Positions 7,797 to 16,545 are shown, numbered from the stretch's first letter. The stretch: 32,000 bases of DNA from Vibrio alginolyticus NBRC 15630 = ATCC 17749 (GCF_000354175.2 NC_022349.1:780001-812000); one strand, 5' to 3'. Numbers and translations: made by a program. Notes: generated from the sequence alone by a model not told the origin.

Positions 7797-8042
7797 TTCG
7801 TCGCTATCTTTAGCTTCTGTTTAGTTATTCCTATCTATTATGGCTTATTACATTTAACAATACTCCACGTCTTTAAAACCCTAAACTGACCTTTTTCAAA
7901 CCAAAAAATGAGCATTTTGACCAATATTTAATCGTGCATTTTTATCACTACTCTATGTTCGCTGAGGGCCTATTTACCCATAGGTACAATGAATACAATG
8001 CCGTTCCTTTTAGTATGAACAGAATCATTTAGGGCGCGACAA

Positions 8043-9212
8043 ATGTTAAAGAAAGTTTTCGGCATTGGCCTTTTATCCGTTTTAGCTGCTTGTGCAGACG
8101 AAGAGATAACCAAACAACCTAATACTCCCTTACCTACGATAGACGTCTCCAAAGTTATCTATGAGCCCGTTCAATCGTGGTTCACCTTTACAACAAGGCT
8201 TCAAGCCCCAGAGAAAGTTTCTTTAATGCCACGCGTTTCCGGAGTTATTGAAACGGTAGAGTTCAAAGACGGACAGAGTGTCAACAAAGGCGACTTACTC
8301 GTCACTCTTGATGATCGAACCTTCAAAGCTCAGGTCTCACGACTTGAAGCGCAAGTTAAGAGTGCTCGAGCTGCGCTAGAGCAAGCAGCAAACGAACAAA
8401 AGAGAGCCGCTCAACTTGTTAAGCGAAAGGCCATCTCAGCGGAACAAGCAGAGGCCCGAGATACCGCAGTAAAACAACGCTCTGCAGAACTAATGGCCTT
8501 GCGTGCTCAGTTAGAATCCGCAAAGTTAGATCTTGAGTTTACGAAGATATATGCCCCTATTAGCGGCACTATTTCAAGAGCATTCATTACTAAAGGAAAC
8601 AATGTAAACGCAAATCAAAGCGTTATATCAAACATTGTCTCTAACGATCAGGTATATGCATACTTTGATGTCGATGAGCGAACTTGGAACCGTTACTTCT
8701 CGACAATCAATGCCGACTCTAACTTACCTACTCGTCTTGAACTATCTGGACAAAATGGGCAGGAGTTTTTTGGACGCGTTGACTTTGTCGACAACTCCAT
8801 CAACGAAAACACCGGTACTTTGCAGGTTCGAGCGGTATTCGATGCAACAAAATCAAGCTTAAAAGTGGGATCGTTTGGCCGAGTTCAGATATCAACAACC
8901 AAACCAGTTGAACGAGTTCTCGTTCCAGAGCGTTCTATTGGCACAGATCTAGAAAACCGCTTTGTATTAACACTCAATGAAGAGAATACGTTGCAATACA
9001 GCATCGTAACCTTAGGCGAACGTTACGGAACATTTCGTGCCATCGAGAATGGCTTGAACGCCGACTCAGTTATTGCGGTAAATGGCCCAGCAAAAGTTGG
9101 CCCAAATAGCAAAATCTCACCAAAAAATGTCACGCTAGATATTAGCAACACCTCATTGATTATGGCTTCAAACTCAACATCGTTGCCAAATAAACGTTTA
9201 GCTCAAGACTAA
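8043..9212 (+). CDS. RND efflux membrane-fusion (periplasmic adaptor) lipoprotein
   Basis: 389-aa ORF with a lipobox (LLSVLAAC|AD). A coiled-coil hairpin segment (AQVSRLEAQVKSARAALEQAANEQKRAAQL...RAQLESAKLDLEFTKIYAPISG) is typical of the HlyD/AcrA family. The gene is 12 nt upstream of the RND pump gene. Confidence 0.9.
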   Translation: MLKKVFGIGLLSVLAACADEEITKQPNTPLPTIDVSKVIYEPVQSWFTFTTRLQAPEKVSLMPRVSGVIETVEFKDGQSVNKGDLLVTLDDRTFKAQVSRLEAQVKSARAALEQAANEQKRAAQLVKRKAISAEQAEARDTAVKQRSAELMALRAQLESAKLDLEFTKIYAPISGTISRAFITKGNNVNANQSVISNIVSNDQVYAYFDVDERTWNRYFSTINADSNLPTRLELSGQNGQEFFGRVDFVDNSINENTGTLQVRAVFDATKSSLKVGSFGRVQISTTKPVERVLVPERSIGTDLENRFVLTLNEENTLQYSIVTLGERYGTFRAIENGLNADSVIAVNGPAKVGPNSKISPKNVTLDISNTSLIMASNSTSLPNKRLAQD

Positions 9213-9224
9213 GAAGACAACCGA

Positions 9225-12200
9225 ATGAAATTTGCACACTTTTTTATTCAAAGACCCATATTTGCCTCTATGTTATCGCTATTGATATTAATAGTAGGCG
9301 CAATTTCACTTTTACAGTTGCCTGTGAGTGAATATCCAGAAGTTGTCCCTCCTACAGTCGTAGTTACAGCAAACTATCCTGGTGCGAACCCAAAAGTAAT
9401 CGCAGAAACAGTTGCTACGCCTCTGGAGCAAGAAATTAATGGTACAGAAAACATGTTATATATGTTTTCACAGGCAACCAGTGACGGAAAAATGACATTG
9501 ACCGTAACCTTTGCTTTAGGTACGGACTTGGACAAAGCTCAGGTTCAAATTCAAAATCGCGTCACTACAGCTTTGCCCCGATTACCAGAAGCCGTCCAAC
9601 GGTTAGGAGTTGTTGCCGAAAAAGCCTCTCCTGATCTCACCATGGTTGTGCATATATATTCTCCAGATTCTAGCCGTGAAGTCAGTTATTTAGCTAACTA
9701 CGCTAATTTAAACTTGAAAGATGAGATAGCTCGGCTCGGAGGCGTTGGTGATGTGCGCCTTTTCGGTGGTGACGAGTACTCAATGCGCTTGTGGTTAAAT
9801 CCAGATGAGCTCGCTTCTAGAAATCTAACCGTAATGGACGTTGTCTCCGCCGTCCGATCTCAAAACCAACAGGTGGCAGCAGGCTCATTAGGTGCGCAAC
9901 CAGCCGCTAATGAAAACCAATTCCAAGTTTTGTTGAACGTAAAAGGCCGCTTGGAGAATATTGATGAATTCAACGACATTGTAGTAAAAGTTGACGAAAC
10001 AGGGGCTTTGACACGTCTTAAAGACGTTGCACGCGTAGAGCTAGGTCAAAACTCTTATGCACTGCGCGCCTTGTTAAATGGTAAACCAGCGGTGGCGATG
10101 CCCGTATTCCAGCGCCCTGGTGCTAATGCTATTGAGCTATCTAATCAGGTTCGTTCAACCATGGACCGTTTACAAACAGCCTTTCCAGCTGGAGTTTCAT
10201 ATGAAATAGCCTACGACCCGACCGTCTTTGTTCGTGGTTCGATAGACGCGGTGGTTCATACTCTGCTAGAGGCAATTGTACTTGTTGTTGTCGTAGTCAT
10301 TTTGTTTTTGCAAACATGGCGCGCGTCTATCATCCCTATCATTGCGGTGCCTGTTTCATTAATCGGTACGTTCGCCGTAATGCAAATGCTTGGAGTATCG
10401 ATTAACACGCTTTCGTTGTTTGGGCTTGTTCTCGCCATAGGCATCGTCGTCGATGACGCCATTGTCGTCGTCGAAAACGTGGAACGGAACATCCATAATG
10501 GACTTGCACCACTAGAAGCAACGAAACAAGCAATGACCGAAGTTACCGGGCCAATTATTGCAATTGCTTTAGTGTTATGTGCGGTGTTCATCCCGACGAC
10601 CTTTATTACAGGGTTATCCGGTCAGTTTTATAAGCAGTTCGCACTAACAATTACGATCTCGACGATTATTTCAGCAATTAACTCGTTGACGTTATCGCCT
10701 GCTTTATCAGCACTGCTATTACAAGATAAGAACGCAAAACCCGATCGGCTAACCAAGCTCTTGGATGCGGTTTTTGGTAAGTATGTTTTTGCGCCATTCA
10801 ATAGAATTTTTGAGTATAGCTCGAACCAATATCAAGCTCTGGTCAAGAAGCTGATTCGCTTTAGCCTTGTTGTTGTGGTGGTATACATTGCGTTACTCGG
10901 GGGAACGGCTTCTCTATTCAAAGCGGTTCCTGGAGGATTCATTCCTCAACAAGATAAGCAGTATTTAGTTGCGATCGCCCAACTTCCAGATGCAGCAAGT
11001 TTAGATCGAACAGAGTCCGTTATTAAAGAAATGGAAAACCTCGCGCTGGCAACACCTGGCGTAGCACAAACCATTTCTTTCCCAGGCTTATCGGTCAATG
11101 GTTTTACTAACAGTCCGAATAGTGGCATCGTTTTTGTTACGCTTGAGGACTTCGATAAACGAAATGATCCAACTCTCGGAGCAAATGCGATTGTTGCATC
11201 TTTGAATAAGAGCTTTTCAATCATTGATGAAGCCTTCGTTGCGATTTTTCCACCACCACCAATCCAAGGACTTGGCTCTACTGGCGGCTTTAAACTTCAA
11301 ATCGAAGACCGTGCGAACAAGGGGTTTGATGAGCTCTTCAAGCAATTGAACTTGGTAATAAGTGAGGCATCAACAAGACCCGAGCTGATGGGATTATATT
11401 CCACATTTCGTATACAAGTGCCGCAGATGGACATCCAAATAGATCGTGAACAAGCGATGCTGCAAGGTGTTCCTCTAGAGCAGGTTTTTGATGCGCTTCA
11501 AGTTTATTTAGGATCATTATACGTCAATGACTTCAATATGTTTGGTAGAACATACAAAGTGAATGCCCAGGCAGACATGAACTATCGTCTCGAACCTGAC
11601 CAAATACTTAATTACAAAGTAAGAAATGCTGCCGGAAAAATGGTTCCTCTCGGCGCTGTACTGGAGATCATACCCACGATTGGGCCTGACCGCGTGATGC
11701 ACTATAACGGCTACCCTAGTGCAGAACTAAACGGCAGTCCTGCTTTTGGTTACAGCTCTGACCAAGCCCAAACGGCTATTGAGGAAGTACTGGATCAAAA
11801 CCTAGCAGAGGGAATGGTTTATGAATGGACTGATGTAACCTACCAGCAGATTTTGGCTGGTAACACGATGGTGTATATATTCCCACTTGTTGTTTTGTTA
11901 GTTTTCATGGTGCTAGCTTCGCAGTACGAGAGTTTAAAACTGCCATTCGCTATCATTTTGATCGTTCCCATGACCATTTTTTCTGCACTAGCAGGTGTTT
12001 GGTTCATTGGTGGTGACAACAATATATTCACACAAATTGCTTTGATTGTCCTTGTGGCTCTAGCGTGTAAAAATGCCATCTTGATGGTGGAGTTCGCTAA
12101 AGAACTTAAAGACAATGGCCAAGATACCTTATCAGCGATTTTGGAAGCATGTCGTTTACGTCTTCGACCGATTCTAATGACATCAATTGCATTTACCGCT

Positions 12201-12365
12201 GGTGTTATTCCATTAATGATTGGTACAGGGGCCGGAGCGGAAATGCGACAAGCAATGGGTATTGCCGTATTCTCGGGTATGGTAGGCGTAACGGTATTTG
12301 GATTACTACTCACACCTGTTTTTTACATGTTAGTGAGTCGAAACAAAAAACGTCAAACACTATAA
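9225..12365 (+). CDS. RND multidrug/hydrophobe efflux permease (AcrB/HAE1 family)
   Basis: 1046-aa ORF. The N-terminus MKFAHFFIQRPIFASMLSLLILIVG is typical of AcrB-type pumps. It has two large periplasmic loops with 12 hydrophobic spans, and a conserved TM4 region (GLVLAIGIVVDDAIVVVENVER). No outer-membrane factor gene is present in the operon. Confidence 0.95.
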   Translation: MKFAHFFIQRPIFASMLSLLILIVGAISLLQLPVSEYPEVVPPTVVVTANYPGANPKVIAETVATPLEQEINGTENMLYMFSQATSDGKMTLTVTFALGTDLDKAQVQIQNRVTTALPRLPEAVQRLGVVAEKASPDLTMVVHIYSPDSSREVSYLANYANLNLKDEIARLGGVGDVRLFGGDEYSMRLWLNPDELASRNLTVMDVVSAVRSQNQQVAAGSLGAQPAANENQFQVLLNVKGRLENIDEFNDIVVKVDETGALTRLKDVARVELGQNSYALRALLNGKPAVAMPVFQRPGANAIELSNQVRSTMDRLQTAFPAGVSYEIAYDPTVFVRGSIDAVVHTLLEAIVLVVVVVILFLQTWRASIIPIIAVPVSLIGTFAVMQMLGVSINTLSLFGLVLAIGIVVDDAIVVVENVERNIHNGLAPLEATKQAMTEVTGPIIAIALVLCAVFIPTTFITGLSGQFYKQFALTITISTIISAINSLTLSPALSALLLQDKNAKPDRLTKLLDAVFGKYVFAPFNRIFEYSSNQYQALVKKLIRFSLVVVVVYIALLGGTASLFKAVPGGFIPQQDKQYLVAIAQLPDAASLDRTESVIKEMENLALATPGVAQTISFPGLSVNGFTNSPNSGIVFVTLEDFDKRNDPTLGANAIVASLNKSFSIIDEAFVAIFPPPPIQGLGSTGGFKLQIEDRANKGFDELFKQLNLVISEASTRPELMGLYSTFRIQVPQMDIQIDREQAMLQGVPLEQVFDALQVYLGSLYVNDFNMFGRTYKVNAQADMNYRLEPDQILNYKVRNAAGKMVPLGAVLEIIPTIGPDRVMHYNGYPSAELNGSPAFGYSSDQAQTAIEEVLDQNLAEGMVYEWTDVTYQQILAGNTMVYIFPLVVLLVFMVLASQYESLKLPFAIILIVPMTIFSALAGVWFIGGDNNIFTQIALIVLVALACKNAILMVEFAKELKDNGQDTLSAILEACRLRLRPILMTSIAFTAGVIPLMIGTGAGAEMRQAMGIAVFSGMVGVTVFGLLLTPVFYMLVSRNKKRQTL

Positions 12366-12397
12366 CCATAATATAAATACTCATTTAAATTCATACT

Positions 12398-12426
12398 AAA
12401 GGGAGCTATTGCTCCCTTTTCTTTTG
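12398..12426 (+). terminator. Rho-independent terminator of the RND operon
   Basis: Stem GGGAGC (12401-12406) with GCTCCC (12411-12416), loop TATT, followed by TTTTCTTTT. It begins 33 nt after the pump stop codon. Confidence 0.8.
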
Positions 12427-12510
12427 GTTATTAAGTATACTAATAATTTCTAGACAGAGCAGAAGTTATACATGAAACTAATACGCTAATATCTAACGTG
12501 GATAAACATT

Positions 12511-13440
12511 GTGGATTTAGCAAATAAACTACACCTGCTTTTAGAAGTCTCTAAAGCTGGATCTTTTGCAAAAGCAGCAGATGGGATGAATATCGACCGC
12601 TCTGTTTTGTCTAAACACATCAAGCAGTTAGAAGAGCACTTAGGCGTTAGGCTATTAAACAGAACGACTCGCTCTCTTTCATTAACACAAGTCGGCCAGC
12701 AAATAGTAGAAAAAGCAGACCAAATATCTCAACTCCTTGATGATACTCAACAAATAGCGGAGAACTTTCAGACTGAGCCTTCAGGGAAAGTACGAATTTC
12801 AAGCTCAACATTATTTGGAAAACTCTATCTACAACCTTCGATAGAGAAGTTTTTACATAAGTACCCAAAAGCAAGTGTTGAACTAATGCTAGATGATCTT
12901 CATGTAGACGTGATTAGAAGTAATTTTGATATTGCTTTTCGAATCGGACCTATGAGGGATTCATCAATGGTAGCAAGAAAATTAGCAAAAAATACGACTG
13001 CAATCATTGCTTCTCGAAATTTAATTGAAAAACATGGTAACCCAGAAACGCCGGATGAGTTAGTTAAGCTACCTTTTATTATTTATTCAAATGGTAATTT
13101 TATTGTCGATAAACTTAAATTCTACGACAAAGAAAAATCAGATGGTTTAGATACATACCCAATATCAGGGTCATACATGGTAAATGAAGCTGAGCTAATA
13201 ATTGAAAGCGTAAAGTCAGGTCTGGGCGCAGCACTTATAGGTCAATTTATGCTTCCTAAAAACCTAGAGTCTTCTAATTTAGTCCAACTTTTACCAGAAT
13301 ATGAAACTCAAGATTTTGGTGATATTTATGCCATGTACTCACACCGTCAGCAATCACCATTGGTTAGGGCATTCATTGATATCGTTCAAGAAGAAATTGG
13401 CATACCACCAATATGGGAAAAGCATTTCAATAAAAGCTAG
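12511..13440 (+). CDS. LysR-family transcriptional regulator (paralog of the 6741-7664 gene)
   Basis: 309-aa ORF with a GTG start (GTGGATTTAGCAAAT, like the paralog's GTGGATCTCGCAAGC). It is collinear with the other LysR over its full length. By hand count, 45 of the first 72 residues are identical, and shared C-terminal blocks include LVQLLP.Y...G.IYAMY.HR.Q.PL...FID.VQ..IG.PP.W. Confidence 0.85.
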   Translation: MDLANKLHLLLEVSKAGSFAKAADGMNIDRSVLSKHIKQLEEHLGVRLLNRTTRSLSLTQVGQQIVEKADQISQLLDDTQQIAENFQTEPSGKVRISSSTLFGKLYLQPSIEKFLHKYPKASVELMLDDLHVDVIRSNFDIAFRIGPMRDSSMVARKLAKNTTAIIASRNLIEKHGNPETPDELVKLPFIIYSNGNFIVDKLKFYDKEKSDGLDTYPISGSYMVNEAELIIESVKSGLGAALIGQFMLPKNLESSNLVQLLPEYETQDFGDIYAMYSHRQQSPLVRAFIDIVQEEIGIPPIWEKHFNKS

Positions 13441-13531
13441 GCGATTCTATTTAACCAAAATTAACAGAAAATCAAATAAAATCAATAATTTAAAACAGAA
13501 ATGTTTAAGATCCATCGAAGTTTAATGTTAG

Positions 13532-13568
13532 GTGAATTAAGTTCCATTCTAAATGGCGCTTAATTCAC
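13532..13568. repeat. Long inverted repeat / hairpin upstream of the orphan membrane-protein gene
   Basis: Perfect 10-bp arms GTGAATTAAG (13532-13541) and CTTAATTCAC (13559-13568) enclose an inner 5-bp helix CCATT/AATGG. No U-tract is present on either strand. It lies 60 nt upstream of the ATG at 13628. Confidence 0.5.
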
Positions 13569-13627
13569 TAAATATAAAACACTCTTGATTTATAATACTA
13601 ACAAATCCATCACCTATACAAGTTACG

Positions 13628-14239
13628 ATGTATATTAAAGAAAAACACACCTCGGTCACTAGTTTGTTAGTATATAAAATATCTTATCTTATTTTTTTGG
13701 TTATTTATACGTTAGCAACGATTTATTTTAGCGTACAAATGGACAAAAGCACATCGGAGAACTCTCTTATAGAAATGACTCAAATAGCATTTGTGCTTTT
13801 TTCATCGTTAATGTGTTTGTATAAATCTAAGGAGTATCTTGAACTCAAACACATATTAGTAATAATGTCTTCATTTTTTATGGTTATATTCGTTAGAGAA
13901 ATGGACTACCACATAGAGCAGTATTTCTCTCACGGTTCATGGAAGTACCCTGCTTGGATTATAATAGTCTCGGTCTGTTATTTTTGTTTTAATAACATAG
14001 TTAACATAAAAAATGAGGTCAAACTTTTCATTTCTCATTCTAGCTTCACGACATTAACGATTGGCTTTTTCATTGTTTTCTTATTCTCACGCTTTGCAGG
14101 GTATGGTGATTTTTGGGTCGAGTTTATGGGGAACTCATACAATAGAGACGTGAAAAACTTGGTCGAAGAAAGCTTAGAGTTACTAGGTTACGCGATACTT
14201 TTAAACGGTGTTTTACTTATTAAAGTAGAAAACCACTAA
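13628..14239 (+). CDS. Hypothetical integral membrane protein (about 5-6 TM), very AT-rich gene
   Basis: 203-aa ORF with about six hydrophobic segments. Charged motifs lie at helix ends (SENSLIEMTQ, VREMDYHIEQ, NLVEESLELLGY). There is no obvious SD and I recognised no family. Two 60-nt lines counted by hand gave 23% and 30% G+C, against 50% for a line in acnD. Confidence 0.6.
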   Translation: MYIKEKHTSVTSLLVYKISYLIFLVIYTLATIYFSVQMDKSTSENSLIEMTQIAFVLFSSLMCLYKSKEYLELKHILVIMSSFFMVIFVREMDYHIEQYFSHGSWKYPAWIIIVSVCYFCFNNIVNIKNEVKLFISHSSFTTLTIGFFIVFLFSRFAGYGDFWVEFMGNSYNRDVKNLVEESLELLGYAILLNGVLLIKVENH

Positions 14240-14247
14240 GTATAAAC

Positions 14248-14288
14248 AAAAGTTCAGAGCTTGTAGTTCAAGCTTTGAACTTTTTTTG
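14248..14288 (+). terminator. Rho-independent terminator of the membrane-protein gene
   Basis: 13-bp stem AGTTCAGAGCTTG (14251-14263) with CAAGCTTTGAACT (14269-14281), including one G-U pair, and loop TAGTT. It is followed by TTTTTT. Confidence 0.8.
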
Positions 14289-14290
14289 GT

Positions 14291-14320
14291 TAAAAAAAAG
14301 CAGCAAATATAATTTGCTGC
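14291..14320 (-). terminator. Rho-independent terminator on the minus strand, back-to-back with the previous one
   Basis: On the minus strand the stem GCAGCAAAT/ATTTGCTGC (plus-strand 14300-14308 with 14312-14320) has a 3-nt loop and is followed by TTTTTTTTA. The nearest upstream minus-strand gene ends 350 nt away, at 14669. Confidence 0.6.
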
Positions 14321-14668
14321 AAATGATGAAAAAAAACAATATGCGTAAGTTAACTTCCTAGCAATGGATGCGTTAACGAGTTAATAATAACGAACCGTAA
14401 CAATTAAGTCTCGTTGAAAATAATCCATAAAGAATGGCATTTATTACACTGTTAATTATGTAACCTTATCTAATCTAGTTATCACACGCCGTCGTTTTTA
14501 TATCTTATCTCTTTCCGTCAATAAATAGCTCTTCACATCAGATCCCATTTATCATCCCACAACAGTCGGATTCACAACAAAGCAATAAAAATCAATAAAT
14601 TAGAAGTAGCCACTTAAAAAGTAAAAAGGAGTAAAAACGAAACTATGTCAGATAGAACATATTAAAGA

Positions 14669-15568
14669 TCACCGACTCTGAGTAGAAAACCGTTCATACT
14701 CGTTACGCATACAATCAATAAAGACTTCCATCGCCGGCGTCACACACTTCCCAGCATGATAAGCACAAAGTGGCTTGATCATCTGTGAAAATTCGGTGAA
14801 CTCAAGCTCTTGTAAACTGCCCTCTTGCAACTCTTTTTCAACCGTAAAACGAGGTAAATAAGAGATACCAATATTACTCTCAACGCAATTTTTGATCGTA
14901 TTAATACTGCTAAGTTCGATCATGTTGTCGATGCTAATATCACGCTCCTGAATAATGCTCTCAAACATCTGTCGAAAAAGGCACTTAGGGCCATTGCTTA
15001 TAAACCCTAAATCAATATGTTGCTCTCTCTTCTTTAAATCTAGCCCTTTTAAAAGCGGTGAAGCAACCAATACCAGTGGCTCCTGCTCAAACTCGTGGAC
15101 CTTGAGCGTATCGTCATTACCTACTCGATAAAACACACCTAAATCAGCTTTATCCGCTATCAACTCATCTCGAATCTGATAGCAATTTTGTGATTGCAGA
15201 GAGAGTCTGACATTGGGCGCTCTGATCCTGAACTCTTTTAAAACATTAGCCATCTTATAAGCAAGTTGAGTCTCAGCAACCAGCACTTTCAATTCACCGG
15301 TCGGCTCCGAGTTTTCTTGCTGTGCTGTTCCCTCAATATTTTCCATCACTCGCGCCAGTTCATAGACGTAAGGCAGTATCTTTTCTCCTGCTTGAGTCAA
15401 AACCATCTTACGCCCTATTTTTTCGAACAGCTGCAGAGACAGATCTTGTTCCAACTGCTTGATTTGAAAGGTGACGGTTGATTGCGTGCAATAAAGCTTC
15501 TGTGACGCTTTTAGAAACGATCCTTCTTCAACAATAGCTTTAAAAGTAAGAAAGCGTTTTAGATTCAT
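14669..15568 (-). CDS. LysR-family transcriptional regulator, divergent from the eamB-like exporter gene
   Basis: The wHTH begins MNLKRFLTFKAIVEEGSFLKASQKLYCTQSTVTFQIKQLEQDL. Start set at ATG 15568, with GGAG 7 nt upstream. The ORF-track start at 15595 adds 9 residues and would overlap the intergenic dyad. Confidence 0.85.
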   Translation of the reverse strand: MNLKRFLTFKAIVEEGSFLKASQKLYCTQSTVTFQIKQLEQDLSLQLFEKIGRKMVLTQAGEKILPYVYELARVMENIEGTAQQENSEPTGELKVLVAETQLAYKMANVLKEFRIRAPNVRLSLQSQNCYQIRDELIADKADLGVFYRVGNDDTLKVHEFEQEPLVLVASPLLKGLDLKKREQHIDLGFISNGPKCLFRQMFESIIQERDISIDNMIELSSINTIKNCVESNIGISYLPRFTVEKELQEGSLQELEFTEFSQMIKPLCAYHAGKCVTPAMEVFIDCMRNEYERFSTQSR

Positions 15569-15593
15569 GACTAGACTCCACAACCAACAGTTC

Positions 15594-15624
15594 AATAAAT
15601 TAAAAGTCTAAGTTTTAATTTATT
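15594..15624. promoter_or_regulatory. Perfect 12-bp-arm dyad in the LysR/eamB divergent region (candidate LTTR recognition site)
   Basis: AATAAATTAAAA (15594-15605), a 7-nt spacer GTCTAAG, then TTTTAATTTATT (15613-15624). It lies between the revised LysR start (15568) and the eamB-like start (15681). Confidence 0.5.
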
Positions 15625-15680
15625 CAATTTTTTAATCAATTGTAGCGAAGTATAGTGCAGTAAAAACAGGAGAGATAGAG

Positions 15681-16265
15681 ATGACAGCCATCTACACCGC
15701 ATTTTTTACTTACGTAATCATTACTTCAATTACACCAGGGCCAAACAACATTTTATCGCTCAGCATCGCGACGCAATATGGACTAAAACGCTCAACAAAA
15801 GTGATTTCGGGGATGTTTTGTGGCTATGTTGTTTTGATGCTACTTTGTGGCGCTTTCACGTATAACATGATCAGCCTCTTGCCCGTGATTACACCTTGGC
15901 TAACATGGATTGGAGCAGCTTATATTGTTTGGTTGGCTTGGGGGCTTGCTACGAGTGAGATCAAAACTTCATCGGATAATTCTAAAGGTATCAGTTTCTT
16001 AACAGGTTTCGGTTTGCAGTTCGTTAATGTGAAAATCATTCTTTATGGAATTACCTCTATTTCTACGTTCGTACTGCCCCACACTCAGAATATCTACTGG
16101 ATCTTAGCGACTAGCCTCATTCTTGCTTTGATCGCACTCCTTAGCAACGTAGTTTGGGCCGTTGCAGGAAAGCTACTTCAATCGCAATTCCAGAGATATG
16201 GCAAAGTCATCAATATGAGCTTAGCAGCAGCTCTGATCTATTGTGCGACACAGTTATTTACTTAA
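15681..16265 (+). CDS. eamB: LysE/RhtB-superfamily exporter, EamB (YfiK)-like cysteine/O-acetylserine efflux protein
   Basis: 194-aa ORF with SD GGAGAG 8 nt upstream. It is strongly collinear with E. coli EamB as I remember it: ITPGPNNIL, WIGAAYIVWLAW, LQFVNVKIILYGITSISTFVLPHTQ, and a C-terminal ...YCATQLF. Confidence 0.75.
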   Translation: MTAIYTAFFTYVIITSITPGPNNILSLSIATQYGLKRSTKVISGMFCGYVVLMLLCGAFTYNMISLLPVITPWLTWIGAAYIVWLAWGLATSEIKTSSDNSKGISFLTGFGLQFVNVKIILYGITSISTFVLPHTQNIYWILATSLILALIALLSNVVWAVAGKLLQSQFQRYGKVINMSLAAALIYCATQLFT

Positions 16266-16292
16266 GTATATAGTTGATCATCAAGAACAATA

Positions 16293-16333
16293 TTGCTCTT
16301 CAACTTAGACGACTACGTTTATGTGAAGAGCAA
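16293..16333 (+). terminator. Hairpin downstream of the exporter gene (possible terminator, no U-tract)
   Basis: Perfect 10-bp stem TTGCTCTTCA (16293-16302) with TGAAGAGCAA (16324-16333) and a 21-nt loop. It begins 28 nt after the stop codon. Confidence 0.3.
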
Positions 16334-16496
16334 ATTCTGCTCTACAAATAGCTGCGGTTTCTCGTGCCCTTACTCGCTCCTCCCACTCCTTCATACGGCA
16401 GTTTTTGAAGAAATAGATTCAACGTCACTTAATCAACCTAAAGATACGAAATCTTGTTTAGCTATACATACACGGCCTTGGCGACCTCGGTAATAG

Positions 16497-16545
16497 CTAA
16501 GTATTACTTAGTATACACAAATCAGAAAAACTAAGATAATCTTAG
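16497..16545 (+). promoter_or_regulatory. Twin 15-bp palindromes (CTAAG-N5-CTTAG) framing a sigma70-like promoter upstream of the XRE gene
   Basis: P1 is CTAAGTA-T-TACTTAG (16497-16511). P2 is CTAAGAT-A-ATCTTAG (16531-16545). Both are perfect, with centres 34 bp apart. The candidate -35 TATACA (16512-16517) abuts P1, a 17-nt spacer follows, and the candidate -10 GATAAT (16535-16540) lies inside P2. Confidence 0.55.

Noticed and set aside
9225-12365. Antisense and alternative-frame ORFs inside the RND pump gene (10256-10591, 10946-11224, 11517-11702, 11840-12313 on the minus strand; 12149-12376 on the plus strand). Similar shadow ORFs occur inside other long genes, for example 24367-25413 in prpE, 26197-26803 in prpF and 27768-29479 in acnD.
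   Set aside because: They lie fully within strongly supported genes. They have low-complexity or odd composition (Ser/Thr/Cys-rich), no SD and no recognisable motifs. These are typical shadow ORFs.
16293-16493. 66-aa ORF upstream of the XRE gene as a HigB/RelE-like toxin partner (toxin-antitoxin pair)
   Set aside because: It has a TTG start without an SD, and its first 41 nt form the terminator-like hairpin of the upstream exporter gene. The Cys/Ser-rich sequence has no RelE/HigB-like basic motifs, and the ORF lies upstream of the predicted XRE promoter and operators.
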